Virus record (IMG/VR): IMGVR_UViG_3300011403_000006
Span: 1-46,452 of that record
Source of the DNA: a virus
Lineage: Duplodnaviria > Caudoviricetes
Reading direction: 5' to 3' (one strand)
Length of the DNA stretch: 46,452 bases
Every line of letters starts with the position of its first letter. Position 1 is the first letter of the stretch. Made by a program: the position numbers and the translations under genes. A model generated the notes under the pieces. That model saw only the letters and a program-made list of their open reading frames with translations. It did no database searches and had not been told where the DNA came from. This document shows, piece after piece, positions 24,248 to 34,056 of this stretch.

Positions 24248-25003
24248 CTACGCAACTACGATTACTTTCTTCTTTTTAGTCTGACGACGAATCAATGCAG
24301 CTAGACCACTACCGAATAGAAAAATAGAAGCGGGTTCAGGAACAGCAGTAACATCAGCAATTTCACTCTGACCACGGCTAATGAGTGAATCACCAGCCAA
24401 CAAAGTCATATCGAAACCCAATGTCATAGAAAACAATGGTCCGAAATCAATAAGTGGAAACGGTCCACCATTATGCGAAAACGAATCTAGTGTCTGTGCT
24501 CCAGCAATATCAGAAAAGGAATCAATCATTATTCCTTCTCTATCTGTAGCAGTCTCGCCGCCCTGTGCATTATTTGGATCATTCCACCATGTATATGTGG
24601 TAGAAGAACCCTGTGAACTGACCCACGTACCTGAACCTGTAGTAAATCCTTCTGTGGCAGGTCCAATAAAGTCAGTAGCACCAATACTAGCCTGTAGTGA
24701 GATAGCTAGTGCTGTAGTATTCAGAATTGACAGCGACGAGCTTGACAGAATATTGGTAATACCATCACTAGTTTCGGAATGCAGTGAACCTTCTACCTGC
24801 AATCCACCAATATTCACGGAATTAAGTGACAAAATACCGACAAGAGCATTATCGTCAGTAAGCTGTACACCATAATTACAGACTGTGTTATTGTCAGTAG
24901 CGCAAAACAACACGCCACCTATATCACCGGCCAAAATCAAATCGGCTTTGGCAGGTGTTACTGATGCAAGTAGTACAGCGAGTGCGAGTAGAATGTTTTT
25001 CAT
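24248..25003 (-). CDS. PEP-CTERM exosortase-sorted surface protein 2
   Basis: Sec signal MKNILLALAVLLASVTPAKA|D; C-terminal VPEPASIFLFGSGLAALIRRQTKKKK (PEP, TM helix, basic cluster). Confidence 0.92.
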   Translation of the reverse strand: MKNILLALAVLLASVTPAKADLILAGDIGGVLFCATDNNTVCNYGVQLTDDNALVGILSLNSVNIGGLQVEGSLHSETSDGITNILSSSSLSILNTTALAISLQASIGATDFIGPATEGFTTGSGTWVSSQGSSTTYTWWNDPNNAQGGETATDREGIMIDSFSDIAGAQTLDSFSHNGGPFPLIDFGPLFSMTLGFDMTLLAGDSLISRGQSEIADVTAVPEPASIFLFGSGLAALIRRQTKKKKVIVVA

Positions 25004-25032
25004 TTTCGTCACCTTATCCTTTACTTTTACTT

Positions 25033-25704
25033 TTACTTATGGTTCTTAACACGATTACGCATGAACAACATGATACCTGTACCCATTAAAAACAAGGATG
25101 CAGGTTCCGGTACTTCAGCAATAGGTGGCGGTGGAGGTGGCGGATTACATGGCTCTACTGTACAATTAGGATTAATCACACCACCAACAACACGTCCATA
25201 CAAAGCAAAATGTGACAGAGAACCTTCCTGTGTACCAAATCCCCAATCACCTGAAAATGTTAGGACTGGTAACAAGAAAATGGCCCAGTAAGGATTTTGT
25301 CCATCCTTAATGCCAATAGCGAATTGGTCATATGCTGCTGCCAATGCGCCACTAATCATAAAGGTTCCATCATCATTACCGGCATCTGCTGTATATGAGA
25401 AGCCATTCGCTATTGGATTTTGTCCAGCGCCTTCCCATCCATCTCCCCATATAAGCTGAGGACCGCCATCTAAATAGAAAAGCGCTTCAGCATCAGTGCC
25501 CTGTATATTTTTATCGCCAGGATCATATACACAGGCTGTTGCTTGTGTAACGTAATACTGACGTGTATATGTTGGTGTTGCCGTCATTGATGCATCAGAT
25601 GGACATTCATTACCAGCCTCATAGACCGGTATTGCATATGTCTCTTTAGTGTAAAGCATCAATGCAAATAGTATAAAACAGATACACATAACAATTTTCT
25701 TCAT
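25033..25704 (-). CDS. PEP-CTERM exosortase-sorted surface protein 1
   Basis: Signal MKKIVMCICFILFALMLYTKETYA|IP; Pro-rich linker; C-terminal VPEPASLFLMGTGIMLFMRNRVKNHK. Confidence 0.92.
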   Translation of the reverse strand: MKKIVMCICFILFALMLYTKETYAIPVYEAGNECPSDASMTATPTYTRQYYVTQATACVYDPGDKNIQGTDAEALFYLDGGPQLIWGDGWEGAGQNPIANGFSYTADAGNDDGTFMISGALAAAYDQFAIGIKDGQNPYWAIFLLPVLTFSGDWGFGTQEGSLSHFALYGRVVGGVINPNCTVEPCNPPPPPPPIAEVPEPASLFLMGTGIMLFMRNRVKNHK

Positions 25705-25778
25705 TTGTCATCGCTCCTGTCATTATTCGTACGTTTACCGGGGAAGCTGTTTACTCAATCCACAATAATTATCTCCTT

Positions 25779-27182
25779 TCATCGTTTCAAATTAGCAAGC
25801 CGCTGAAGATAAGCTGTTTCAATGTTATCAAGGTCGAAGCTCATTTTGACTTGAGATTGATGGTCTATTGAGCAACCCTTGTTATACGCGAATTCATGCA
25901 CCTTAAATAGTTCATCCCAATTATAGGTATCTACGGGATTATTATTAGCTCGGGCACCATCCGAATTAGCTATACAACGATTAAAATCTACGTCTATATG
26001 CCCGCCCGACGAATTCTTCTTATCGAAAAATTGCCTAAATGTTTTCGGTCTATCTCGTGGCTCATCCGCAAAGTTCTTATCCAGAAATGACAGAGATTTC
26101 CAGCCATGATAATCAATCATATGGTAGTTCTGACCTATCTTCATGTTCTGGTATTGACCCGGAGTATCTTCATTACGATTGACCATAAATCTAGCGGCCG
26201 GATTGTGATTCCTAATATAATCTCGAACTCTTTCGTGAAGTTCTTTCTCAGGATATTCATTACCTATCTTGATTGTAATACCACCATTAATTTTCCAGAT
26301 AGGTGCCATCCAGTCTAGAAATAACTTCAATGCACTATCAGGACACGCAAGTAATGTAGCATCATCTTCTTGTCGTGAACCGTCGTATTTACCACCCCAT
26401 CTAACACCATTATTGTTATTACGCCACGGACCTAAATTAGCGTCTGGTACGCCACCGCCCTTTTTACGATTAGACCAGCCGTATAATTCGAGTATGGTGA
26501 GAATAACATGAATGTTGTGACTATGAAACTCAGAAATAACCTCATACAATTTGTCTTGATATTCTTGATTAAAGTTGCGTAAATCCCAGGGCCGATTAAC
26601 TATCCACGGCCATGTACCTTTTGGGCCTTCCATATCTTGCCATTGAGCTGATAGTAAATTTATGCCGGTCATTTCCATTCTATTTTCACTTAACAAACTA
26701 GCAAATCCTTTATAGTCATAGTGATTAGCCATGAAGCAATTTGCTAGTGAACAACCAAGTCGCGGGAACATATCCAAGTCGGGCCGACCTACAGGAACCT
26801 CACTACCTAACGATATACGAGTAAATTCTTCCCACGAGCCTGTATTATCCGTAGTCTCAATAGGAATAAAATCTTTATCTATTCTCGCTGTTAGTAGCTT
26901 GCCATGAAACGTAGCTATAAACGAACCCATCCATTTGAAGTTTTCCCATGCCCCTATTTCTGTTGCGTTAGTTCTTAGCTCGCCATTTAGGTCAGCAGTT
27001 AAGTAATGACCTGTTTCTGTTTTTAGTGCGAAACAACCATTAGGCAGCTTAATTTCTTCAAATGTTTCAAAGCCTCTAACTTCTTCTCGATTCGCACTGA
27101 TAGCCATACCATTACTGATATTGCCACCATATTCAGCACTGAACAGCCTGTCATTGATGTTAGCTTTTATGGCAATCTTCAT
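25779..27182 (-). CDS. Fascin-like beta-trefoil + glycoside hydrolase-like TIM barrel (GH5/DUF4038-like)
   Basis: Three fascin repeats (ANREEVRGFETF, ALKTETGHYLTA..EIGAWENF, GSWEEF); DLRNFNQEY..KL..HNIHVILTI, IGNE, IDYHG. Confidence 0.75.
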   Translation of the reverse strand: MKIAIKANINDRLFSAEYGGNISNGMAISANREEVRGFETFEEIKLPNGCFALKTETGHYLTADLNGELRTNATEIGAWENFKWMGSFIATFHGKLLTARIDKDFIPIETTDNTGSWEEFTRISLGSEVPVGRPDLDMFPRLGCSLANCFMANHYDYKGFASLLSENRMEMTGINLLSAQWQDMEGPKGTWPWIVNRPWDLRNFNQEYQDKLYEVISEFHSHNIHVILTILELYGWSNRKKGGGVPDANLGPWRNNNNGVRWGGKYDGSRQEDDATLLACPDSALKLFLDWMAPIWKINGGITIKIGNEYPEKELHERVRDYIRNHNPAARFMVNRNEDTPGQYQNMKIGQNYHMIDYHGWKSLSFLDKNFADEPRDRPKTFRQFFDKKNSSGGHIDVDFNRCIANSDGARANNNPVDTYNWDELFKVHEFAYNKGCSIDHQSQVKMSFDLDNIETAYLQRLANLKR

Positions 27183-27200
27183 GTTCCCTCACTTATTCAG

Positions 27201-27935
27201 TTACTTACTAGATGAAAAACAATTAATAACAGGCTTCCAACTAAAATCAACATTGGTCCGGCGAGCACCAAAGTATTGACCATTAGGAGTATCGTCATTT
27301 ATCTGGTAATAGGTCCAGAACTTGAGGCCGTGCTTTATACCGAATTCAATCTCTTTAGCAACATTTTCCTCAACGCGTGATTCATTAGTGTCATTGTAAC
27401 CTGACTCACTACACGCTATATCTCTACCCCAAGCAATATTCTTAAGACTACGCATCTCATGATCTCTATCCTCAAAACCCTGATGCGATTGCCAGAAGAA
27501 CATGTCAGGTGTGTAGTGATGATAAGTAATTACCACATCGCCAGGAATACCCAACTTAATGAATGCCTCCAACCACCTTAAAGAATCCATGTCCAAATTA
27601 CTAATAGCAGGACCATGTAACCTATTACCATTAACCTGACAAATCTCATACGCTTTCATGAAACTTTCGTGATATGTTCGAGGTAGCATATCACCATCAG
27701 GTTCATTCCCCCACTCAATATCACAGTTAGCTATGTCGGATAGTATTGTGTGGTCACTGATAATAAGTAAAGGGTCGGCGTTGGCTAGTCGTGCTTCATT
27801 CAACATCTCTGTGCATACGTAATGAGTCGAATTCATACCAGATAGACGGAAATGTTCTATGCCTTTACTAACTATTTCAGCACATAGAGCATCACCAATA
27901 GTACCTTCAAAATGGGTTTGCATTGATTTAAGCAT
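27201..27935 (-). CDS. Clan GH-A glycoside hydrolase (GH5/GH39/GH128-like)
   Basis: EWGNEPD (acid/base), GPAISNL, TYHHY, ACSESGY (nucleophile), YYQIND...FG.RR...WKP; start reassigned to MLKSMQ. Confidence 0.8.
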   Translation of the reverse strand: MLKSMQTHFEGTIGDALCAEIVSKGIEHFRLSGMNSTHYVCTEMLNEARLANADPLLIISDHTILSDIANCDIEWGNEPDGDMLPRTYHESFMKAYEICQVNGNRLHGPAISNLDMDSLRWLEAFIKLGIPGDVVITYHHYTPDMFFWQSHQGFEDRDHEMRSLKNIAWGRDIACSESGYNDTNESRVEENVAKEIEFGIKHGLKFWTYYQINDDTPNGQYFGARRTNVDFSWKPVINCFSSSK

Positions 27936-27936
27936 A

Positions 27937-28299
27937 TTAATTAACCGTATTACGCTGACAAGACTCAAGCCAATCAATAGTTTCTAAGGCGCGCTTAACT
28001 GGTAAACCTGTAGACCATGGCACATTTGTTATGTATTGATAAAGTATATCGAATTCAGGTATATCCACATGTATCGTCAGATTACCCTCATCATTTAGTG
28101 ACCGTTTAGGCTCGTCCGCTACTATCTTTTTACCACAAGGATATTCGTGGCTAATTGATTCAAACTTACCCATCAAACTCATTTCACGCCGCATTATTGA
28201 CAGGCTTTTCTTTTGGATTAGTGAGCCGCCTATAATGAAACCCTCATAAGTAAATTCAAATAGCATCTTACCTTTGTCATTGTTGAAATCTAAGATCAT
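27937..28299 (-). CDS. Hypothetical protein (possible tail/fibre chaperone)
   Basis: In-operon ORF after the fibre gene. Confidence 0.65.
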   Translation of the reverse strand: MILDFNNDKGKMLFEFTYEGFIIGGSLIQKKSLSIMRREMSLMGKFESISHEYPCGKKIVADEPKRSLNDEGNLTIHVDIPEFDILYQYITNVPWSTGLPVKRALETIDWLESCQRNTVN

Positions 28300-28304
28300 A
28301 AAAA

Positions 28305-29405
28305 TTAATCCTTTTTACAGAATACCATGTCCAAGTATAAAGGTGTATGGTCTGCCGCAGTTATAGAACCTGTTAATCCTGGTGTAGTTGCTGCTGTACT
28401 GCCACTTACGCCAACTGATGCTTGTGTTGATATAGAACCTGTACCAGAACCTGAACCTGAGCCACTAAACGAATGAGTATGATTTCCAACACTATCTGTA
28501 GTGGCGGTAAAGCTATGTGTATGTCCAGCACGTGACATATTACCCGACGAACCAGCATCACAATTCATTTGTCCAGCAGATTCACCACCAGTCGTAGCAC
28601 CAACATCATGACTATGACCACCACTACTACCCGTTGTACCACTAATAGTAACTGAAACTGATACAGAACCAGTAGAGCCACCGTGATTATGACTTGGTAT
28701 TGATAAAGTTCCTGATGCATGTGTATGTGATGCTACAGCAAATGAATCTCCATGTGTATGTGATGAACCACCGCCAGCAGCACCATAAACAGAAGAACCA
28801 CGAGGAAATCTACCATCTAATGCAACTACACGAGTCCAACCAGCAGGACATGACACATCGAATAATGCTATCATTCCTGCTGGTAGTGTACCTGCTGGAG
28901 CACCCCATGTTTGATCTCCACGTAAAAATACACCACTATTAGCTGCTCCATTTGCCAATCTTGCGGGATTAATTAGACCTGTCGCTATGTTAGCTGCATT
29001 AATAGCTGCTATTTGAGAACCATCAGCAGTTATTACCTTACTAGTATTTACTAACGCACTTTCTATATTAGTCATTCCAACCATAGTGCCGCCAGTAATA
29101 TCTACGGCATTACTATTTTGGACTGACATTGTGCCGAGTCCTAAATTTGTACGAATACCAGCCGGATTATTAGAACCTGTACCACCACCTGTTACGCCTA
29201 AAATCATATCATTCCACACGCTACCTGACCAGCGTTGGAATGTTCCGTTTAGATCACCATTGTATCGTATCGCATTAATAGGTAAATTACTACCTACGCC
29301 TGAACGAAATAGTGTTATGGTATCAATAAACTTATTATTGATTGCCTGAATTACTCCAGCCGCGTAATTACTAGTAGTTGTTGGTAATAACCAATTTTCA
29401 GGCAT
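28305..29405 (-). CDS. Tail fibre with collar-like domain and HxH metal-binding tip
   Basis: GGTG...IRTNLGLGTMSVQN, FLRGDQTW, PAGMIALF..CPAGW...GRFPRG, repeated HTH/HNH/HSH, PLYLDMVFCKK. Confidence 0.88.
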   Translation of the reverse strand: MPENWLLPTTTSNYAAGVIQAINNKFIDTITLFRSGVGSNLPINAIRYNGDLNGTFQRWSGSVWNDMILGVTGGGTGSNNPAGIRTNLGLGTMSVQNSNAVDITGGTMVGMTNIESALVNTSKVITADGSQIAAINAANIATGLINPARLANGAANSGVFLRGDQTWGAPAGTLPAGMIALFDVSCPAGWTRVVALDGRFPRGSSVYGAAGGGSSHTHGDSFAVASHTHASGTLSIPSHNHGGSTGSVSVSVTISGTTGSSGGHSHDVGATTGGESAGQMNCDAGSSGNMSRAGHTHSFTATTDSVGNHTHSFSGSGSGSGTGSISTQASVGVSGSTAATTPGLTGSITAADHTPLYLDMVFCKKD

Positions 29406-29643
29406 TTTCTTCGCCTATCTCATCTAACCGTTTTTTGCGTTCTTCCTCGGTCATATGTTTCATTATCAGCATATTTTCTTGCTCACGTATGTTGAGTTTT
29501 CGACTAGCTAAATACTCCTCAATATGACGTTCTAGCTTACGACTTTGCTTGCTTAATAGTTTCTCAATAGTCGCACGTTCATCTTCATCACAGGTTAATA
29601 TGAATTTGTCGCTGATTGGTGTAATGGTAATCATTTCTATCAC
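29398..29643 (-). CDS. Hypothetical protein in the tail module
   Basis: Overlapping start/stop with its neighbours. Confidence 0.6.
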   Translation of the reverse strand: MIEMITITPISDKFILTCDEDERATIEKLLSKQSRKLERHIEEYLASRKLNIREQENMLIMKHMTEEERKKRLDEIGEENA

Positions 29644-29927
29644 TTAATGCTATTAGGGTCTACGGGTGGAATATGTGGGTCTAGCTTTCTTAGTCTCTCA
29701 ATTTCAGCTTTACGAGCTTCAATTAATTCAGAAGTCCAAATCGCGATAGCTATCTTTTTAACCCAATCAGATTCATTAGTAACATCATCACCCACATCAA
29801 CAACATGACGATGATACATTCGGTGTAATTCCACACCATCTTCCTCAACTATAGTATCTTGACGGACCTGTAGCACGCCATTCTCAAGCACGTTGATTAA
29901 GCCGGTGACGATTCGTTTAGTTATCAT
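29640..29927 (-). CDS. Tail fibre assembly/chaperone-like protein
   Basis: VLENGVLQVR..IVEEDGVEL.R.YHRHV...IWT, the small protein type that follows DDYEEG fibres. Confidence 0.75.
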   Translation of the reverse strand: MITKRIVTGLINVLENGVLQVRQDTIVEEDGVELHRMYHRHVVDVGDDVTNESDWVKKIAIAIWTSELIEARKAEIERLRKLDPHIPPVDPNSIK

Positions 29928-30784
29928 TAGTTTGCTGCTAGATAGGAGGCAGTAAAAATTATATCAAAACCACTAGCAGCTATATGTGCTGCCGCTAAGT
30001 TAGTTATGGTAGTTTGACCACCAAAAGTGCATCTTATATCCGCTGAAGCAGAACTTGGATAAGTTAATCCTCCCAACCAAGCCATACTAGATGCTAATCC
30101 TCCCCAATGTGATATACTAAAGGAACCATACTCACTTATTGGTGTAAAAGGTAAACCCAGAATAGTTAATACTCCAGATAAGGAACCTTTACTAGCCATG
30201 AGTATCCTACCATTTAAGAGAACATGTCTACCTATCTTAATATAGTTACCTGATTGGATAGTATAAGTGCCAGACCCAGAGCTAGCAGTATAATATGGAG
30301 TCCATGTTCCTTCTTCATAATCGTCTAAATGATTAGCTGATACAGATGGTACTTGTACTACTGGAAAAGCTACGACTCCACCTGAAACGGTTAAAGTTGT
30401 CCCAACAATAGGAGCCGGAACACTTAGACCACCATCACCCATGAACGTCGGGCCACCACCGATATAAGCACCAGCAGCATTAAATCTCTCCCAATATAAA
30501 TGTCCTTGGTCGTAAGTAAGCACTCTCCACTGTTTTGGTTCTGGAGATGCTTGCGTTGCCTCAAACCATAATACGCTATTGGCCCCTTTTATCCTACTAT
30601 GGGATGGTATTTTAGTTTGTGGATATGCCCAAGCATTATCAACATCAACATAAGCAATATTAGCTGGTAACGTACCTGTATGCCCAGTCAAATCCAACTT
30701 AGTCCACGGACCTGTATCAGTACCAGACAAGCTGTACTCATAATACTTACCCGTTGTATTATACCGTATATGCATTCCAGGCAT
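29927..30784 (-). CDS. Tail fibre/spike protein
   Basis: ANHLDDYEEGTWTP...GNYIKIGRHV...GLPFT receptor-binding domain motif. Confidence 0.85.
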   Translation of the reverse strand: MPGMHIRYNTTGKYYEYSLSGTDTGPWTKLDLTGHTGTLPANIAYVDVDNAWAYPQTKIPSHSRIKGANSVLWFEATQASPEPKQWRVLTYDQGHLYWERFNAAGAYIGGGPTFMGDGGLSVPAPIVGTTLTVSGGVVAFPVVQVPSVSANHLDDYEEGTWTPYYTASSGSGTYTIQSGNYIKIGRHVLLNGRILMASKGSLSGVLTILGLPFTPISEYGSFSISHWGGLASSMAWLGGLTYPSSASADIRCTFGGQTTITNLAAAHIAASGFDIIFTASYLAAN

Positions 30785-30785
30785 A

Positions 30786-32189
30786 TTAAGTAATTCCTCT
30801 ACACTTCCAACTTACAAAATAATCTACTCGTTTACCTGACGAATCGTACACTAGCACCTTAAACGATACTGGATTAGGTATGTCTAGGAAGTCATATATA
30901 ATGTAAAGTGGTTCAATACTATCAGCCGTTACCGTGATACTATTTACGTCTTTAAATATTTTGTTAAATAATACTACCGTCCCACCAACATCGTCCTTAT
31001 CAGCATTAGCCTGTCCGCTGTCTATTTCTGATTTTACGTTCAGGTCAATTCTTAAATCGTAAAATTCTAATAAAGCTGTAGGGTCCGCGCCGGTAAAGGT
31101 CATTTCTATCTTGGCATACCGCATGGACTCCACGAATAATGACCGAGCACTAACTGGAGTCGTGTATGTACTTCCATCTATACTCGTACTGATTTTACTA
31201 GCAACATTCATGGTCCCAGCAATAGGATTCTGTGACCAACTTACATTCAGAATTACGTCATCAAATACCGCACCGAAATCAAATATTCTAGTGTAGCTTC
31301 CTGTTAATGGTGTAGGTTGTATGTAAATTGGATAACCAGCATCAATTTGTTCTTGTATCGTAGTCCATAGATTAGTCTCAAAATGTTCTAACCAGTTCTC
31401 GGTTAAATTAACATTGCACAATAACCTATTATCTTGTACTACGGTATTAACTTTAGTTCCGCTTAGGTCATCAAGTCCTTGTGCAATTAAATCGAAATCT
31501 GGTGGCTGTCTTACTATCGCACTTATTGTAGCTTCCGGGCCGACATTACCAGCTAAATCAATAGGAACAACACGATATGTATAAGTTCCACCAGCCGTTT
31601 CAAATACTATGGCAAAAGTTCCATCCTGTCTTCCAATTGATGTTGATTCACGATAAACATTATAATATGCGATATCCCACGTACTAGTCGGTATAGTCCA
31701 GTTAAGTAAGACATTGTTATCAATTACTACTGCACTCAATGAAAACGTACTAATCGCTGGAATACTTACGTCAAGTGGTAACGCATTCTCACTTACGTTA
31801 CCCTCGAAATCTATTCCCTTAATCCAGTATCGTGTGGTGCCTATTGGTAGTGGGTCGAATACGGCTGATAATGTTGCTGTTGTAAGTAAATGCGATGACG
31901 TTTCCCATGATGAGCCACCTTTTCTTATCTCATAGTGAAATATACTTAAATCAGGTTGCTCCCATCTCAGTACGACATTACGACGAGTTAAGGTGTAGTT
32001 AAATATTAATACGTTAGGCGCAATAGGTAATCCGCCCTCAGGTATTGCTTCTAACTCACTTTTAATAAAGTCAATATTAATATCGAGCTTATCTAACGCC
32101 TTCGTGATAGCACTGAAAGCCTCGTATATGCGTGGTTGAGTCCGCTGTAATCCCGTTATAAGGGATTTAATGCGGTCAATCTCGTTCAT
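30786..32189 (-). CDS. Tail protein with fibronectin type III domains
   Basis: VLRWEQP..HYEIR..YWIKGID..GN and LLNWT..YYNVYR..YRVVPIDLAGN; TAATG-coupled start at 32189. Confidence 0.8.
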   Translation of the reverse strand: MNEIDRIKSLITGLQRTQPRIYEAFSAITKALDKLDINIDFIKSELEAIPEGGLPIAPNVLIFNYTLTRRNVVLRWEQPDLSIFHYEIRKGGSSWETSSHLLTTATLSAVFDPLPIGTTRYWIKGIDFEGNVSENALPLDVSIPAISTFSLSAVVIDNNVLLNWTIPTSTWDIAYYNVYRESTSIGRQDGTFAIVFETAGGTYTYRVVPIDLAGNVGPEATISAIVRQPPDFDLIAQGLDDLSGTKVNTVVQDNRLLCNVNLTENWLEHFETNLWTTIQEQIDAGYPIYIQPTPLTGSYTRIFDFGAVFDDVILNVSWSQNPIAGTMNVASKISTSIDGSTYTTPVSARSLFVESMRYAKIEMTFTGADPTALLEFYDLRIDLNVKSEIDSGQANADKDDVGGTVVLFNKIFKDVNSITVTADSIEPLYIIYDFLDIPNPVSFKVLVYDSSGKRVDYFVSWKCRGIT

Positions 32190-34033
32190 TACGCAGGCCG
32201 TTGAGACCAAAGAGGATTGTAAAATATGACAAGGTTATTAAGCTCAAAATTAGTATTGATATTTGCCATTGCAAGTCTAACAGCCATTTTTTCAGATACA
32301 TAATTAATTTTTCTTGGTATCTCTATGCCTGGTGTTGGTAGTAAGTCAAATGATGGGGGATTCATTGGTCTAGCATTGTCCTCAGAACTCAACTCCACTC
32401 CAATAGTACCGTTTCCACTAATACGCATTGACAGATAATTAAAATGATTAATAATTCCATTTGATTTTTGTGGTGACAATCCAAACTTGATGAAATTGGC
32501 AATAGCAAAACCATTATCATTTTTCGCTGTTTCCGATTCACGATAAATGTTGTCACCACCAATTTTGAGTACCGGATTCTTATTCTCTACGTCTACCACC
32601 ATTGTCGTTGGTGTCCACTGACTGAATGACCATTTTGACCATCTAATCTTTTTATAGTCAAGACCTTCATTCGCATCACCAACGAATATTAAATTAGGTT
32701 CTGTTGCCGCGCCGTAAGGAACCAAGACATATACGAGCTTATTAATAGGGTCAAACTCAACTTCAATCTTGTGGAAATTAGGCTGATTAATGTTACGCCA
32801 CAAGTCTTCTATTTTCCATGACAATTCGGGTACATGAAACGAGCCGTCATACATTATCAAACCACCACGAGCTGCCACGAAAAATCTATCTGACGACGCA
32901 CCACTACTATCTAATATCGCACTGATACCATGAACCTCAGTGCCAACACCTTTATCAAGCATTATTACGTCCCAAGTATTAGGCTCACCACCATTATCAG
33001 ACGTAATATACGACTTCAAACTTTTGGTAATACCCATTAAGTCGCGGTGTTCTACTATATTCGTTACCCCACTAGCTTCTTCTGGGTCCACAATAATAGC
33101 ACTATCAGTATCATTAAAGATTTCCGGTTCATTTTTGGGACTGACACGTAATAGGAATTGATTATTATCAAAATTACCAACAACCATTCGACCTTTGTAG
33201 GCACCTAGCACCAATCCTGCTGGTATTTCGTTAAGAACATCAAATAAGTATAAAGCATCTTCAACTAACTGTGAGTCATAGAAATTAACCGTAATTGTGG
33301 TGCCTACGTTATCTGGAATTACGCCGTCAGAAATAAAGAAATACTCCTGGCCGTACTGATTTCCGTCATAATCTAGTATTGCACGTGTGGCTATGATATG
33401 TCTTCTTATTGTGCCAATCGGACCTGTGGGAACACCTGATAAATCAACTTTCTTATCAGCAGCGGCGGGTACTAATAATTGTGCAAAAACAGCAGGTCCG
33501 GGCTTACTGTAAAATCCACTAACTGTCTCGAATACTACAGCGAATAAATGTGTACCTGCCTCTACGTTTCCACTTAACGCTGAATTAGTTGCTACTAATG
33601 TGCCTACTGGTTGAGTACCACCTGCCGGACGCATAACAGTACCATCCCATACATATATCTTCTCATTCGGTAAGCCTTTAATTCCGTTGTGTGGAGAGAT
33701 GTATACCCGATTAAACATGTTCAACGCTGAGAAATCAATCATACCGGCAATAGTAAGGATAGGTGCGGATATATTCACGCTATCTACCATTACGCCACCA
33801 GGTTTGAGAATTAACATACGAGTGGCTTCATTAATTCTCTTATATAAATGAATGCGTAATACTGGACCAGTCGGCAAAAACAAGTCAGTACCATCTCTAG
33901 TAGTTACACCATTCTCAGTAAACTTAACATTACTACAATCCTGAAAATGGTCCGGTGGCGTGCTATCTTCCTTTCCACGCACATAGAGACCCTTAAAATC
34001 TCTTATTGGGAATGGTGTGTAATCTTCGTGCAT
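32189..34033 (-). CDS. Podovirus tail nozzle / stabilisation protein (P22 gp10 / T7 gp12-like)
   Basis: DFKGL...NV...TRDG N-terminus; 614-aa beta-rich protein directly after the adaptor. Confidence 0.75.
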   Translation of the reverse strand: MHEDYTPFPIRDFKGLYVRGKEDSTPPDHFQDCSNVKFTENGVTTRDGTDLFLPTGPVLRIHLYKRINEATRMLILKPGGVMVDSVNISAPILTIAGMIDFSALNMFNRVYISPHNGIKGLPNEKIYVWDGTVMRPAGGTQPVGTLVATNSALSGNVEAGTHLFAVVFETVSGFYSKPGPAVFAQLLVPAAADKKVDLSGVPTGPIGTIRRHIIATRAILDYDGNQYGQEYFFISDGVIPDNVGTTITVNFYDSQLVEDALYLFDVLNEIPAGLVLGAYKGRMVVGNFDNNQFLLRVSPKNEPEIFNDTDSAIIVDPEEASGVTNIVEHRDLMGITKSLKSYITSDNGGEPNTWDVIMLDKGVGTEVHGISAILDSSGASSDRFFVAARGGLIMYDGSFHVPELSWKIEDLWRNINQPNFHKIEVEFDPINKLVYVLVPYGAATEPNLIFVGDANEGLDYKKIRWSKWSFSQWTPTTMVVDVENKNPVLKIGGDNIYRESETAKNDNGFAIANFIKFGLSPQKSNGIINHFNYLSMRISGNGTIGVELSSEDNARPMNPPSFDLLPTPGIEIPRKINYVSEKMAVRLAMANINTNFELNNLVIFYNPLWSQRPA

Positions 34034-34056
34034 GTTTTCGCTCGCCGCTCAAAGGA

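Noticed and set aside
25705-25778. sigma54/PrsR-type regulatory box upstream of the PEP-CTERM genes
   Set aside because: No TGGCAC-N5-TTGC-like element visible; the genes appear to be driven by the late operon
28305-30784. Diversity-generating retroelement or invertible tail-fibre system
   Set aside because: No reverse transcriptase, invertase or template/variable repeat pair seen
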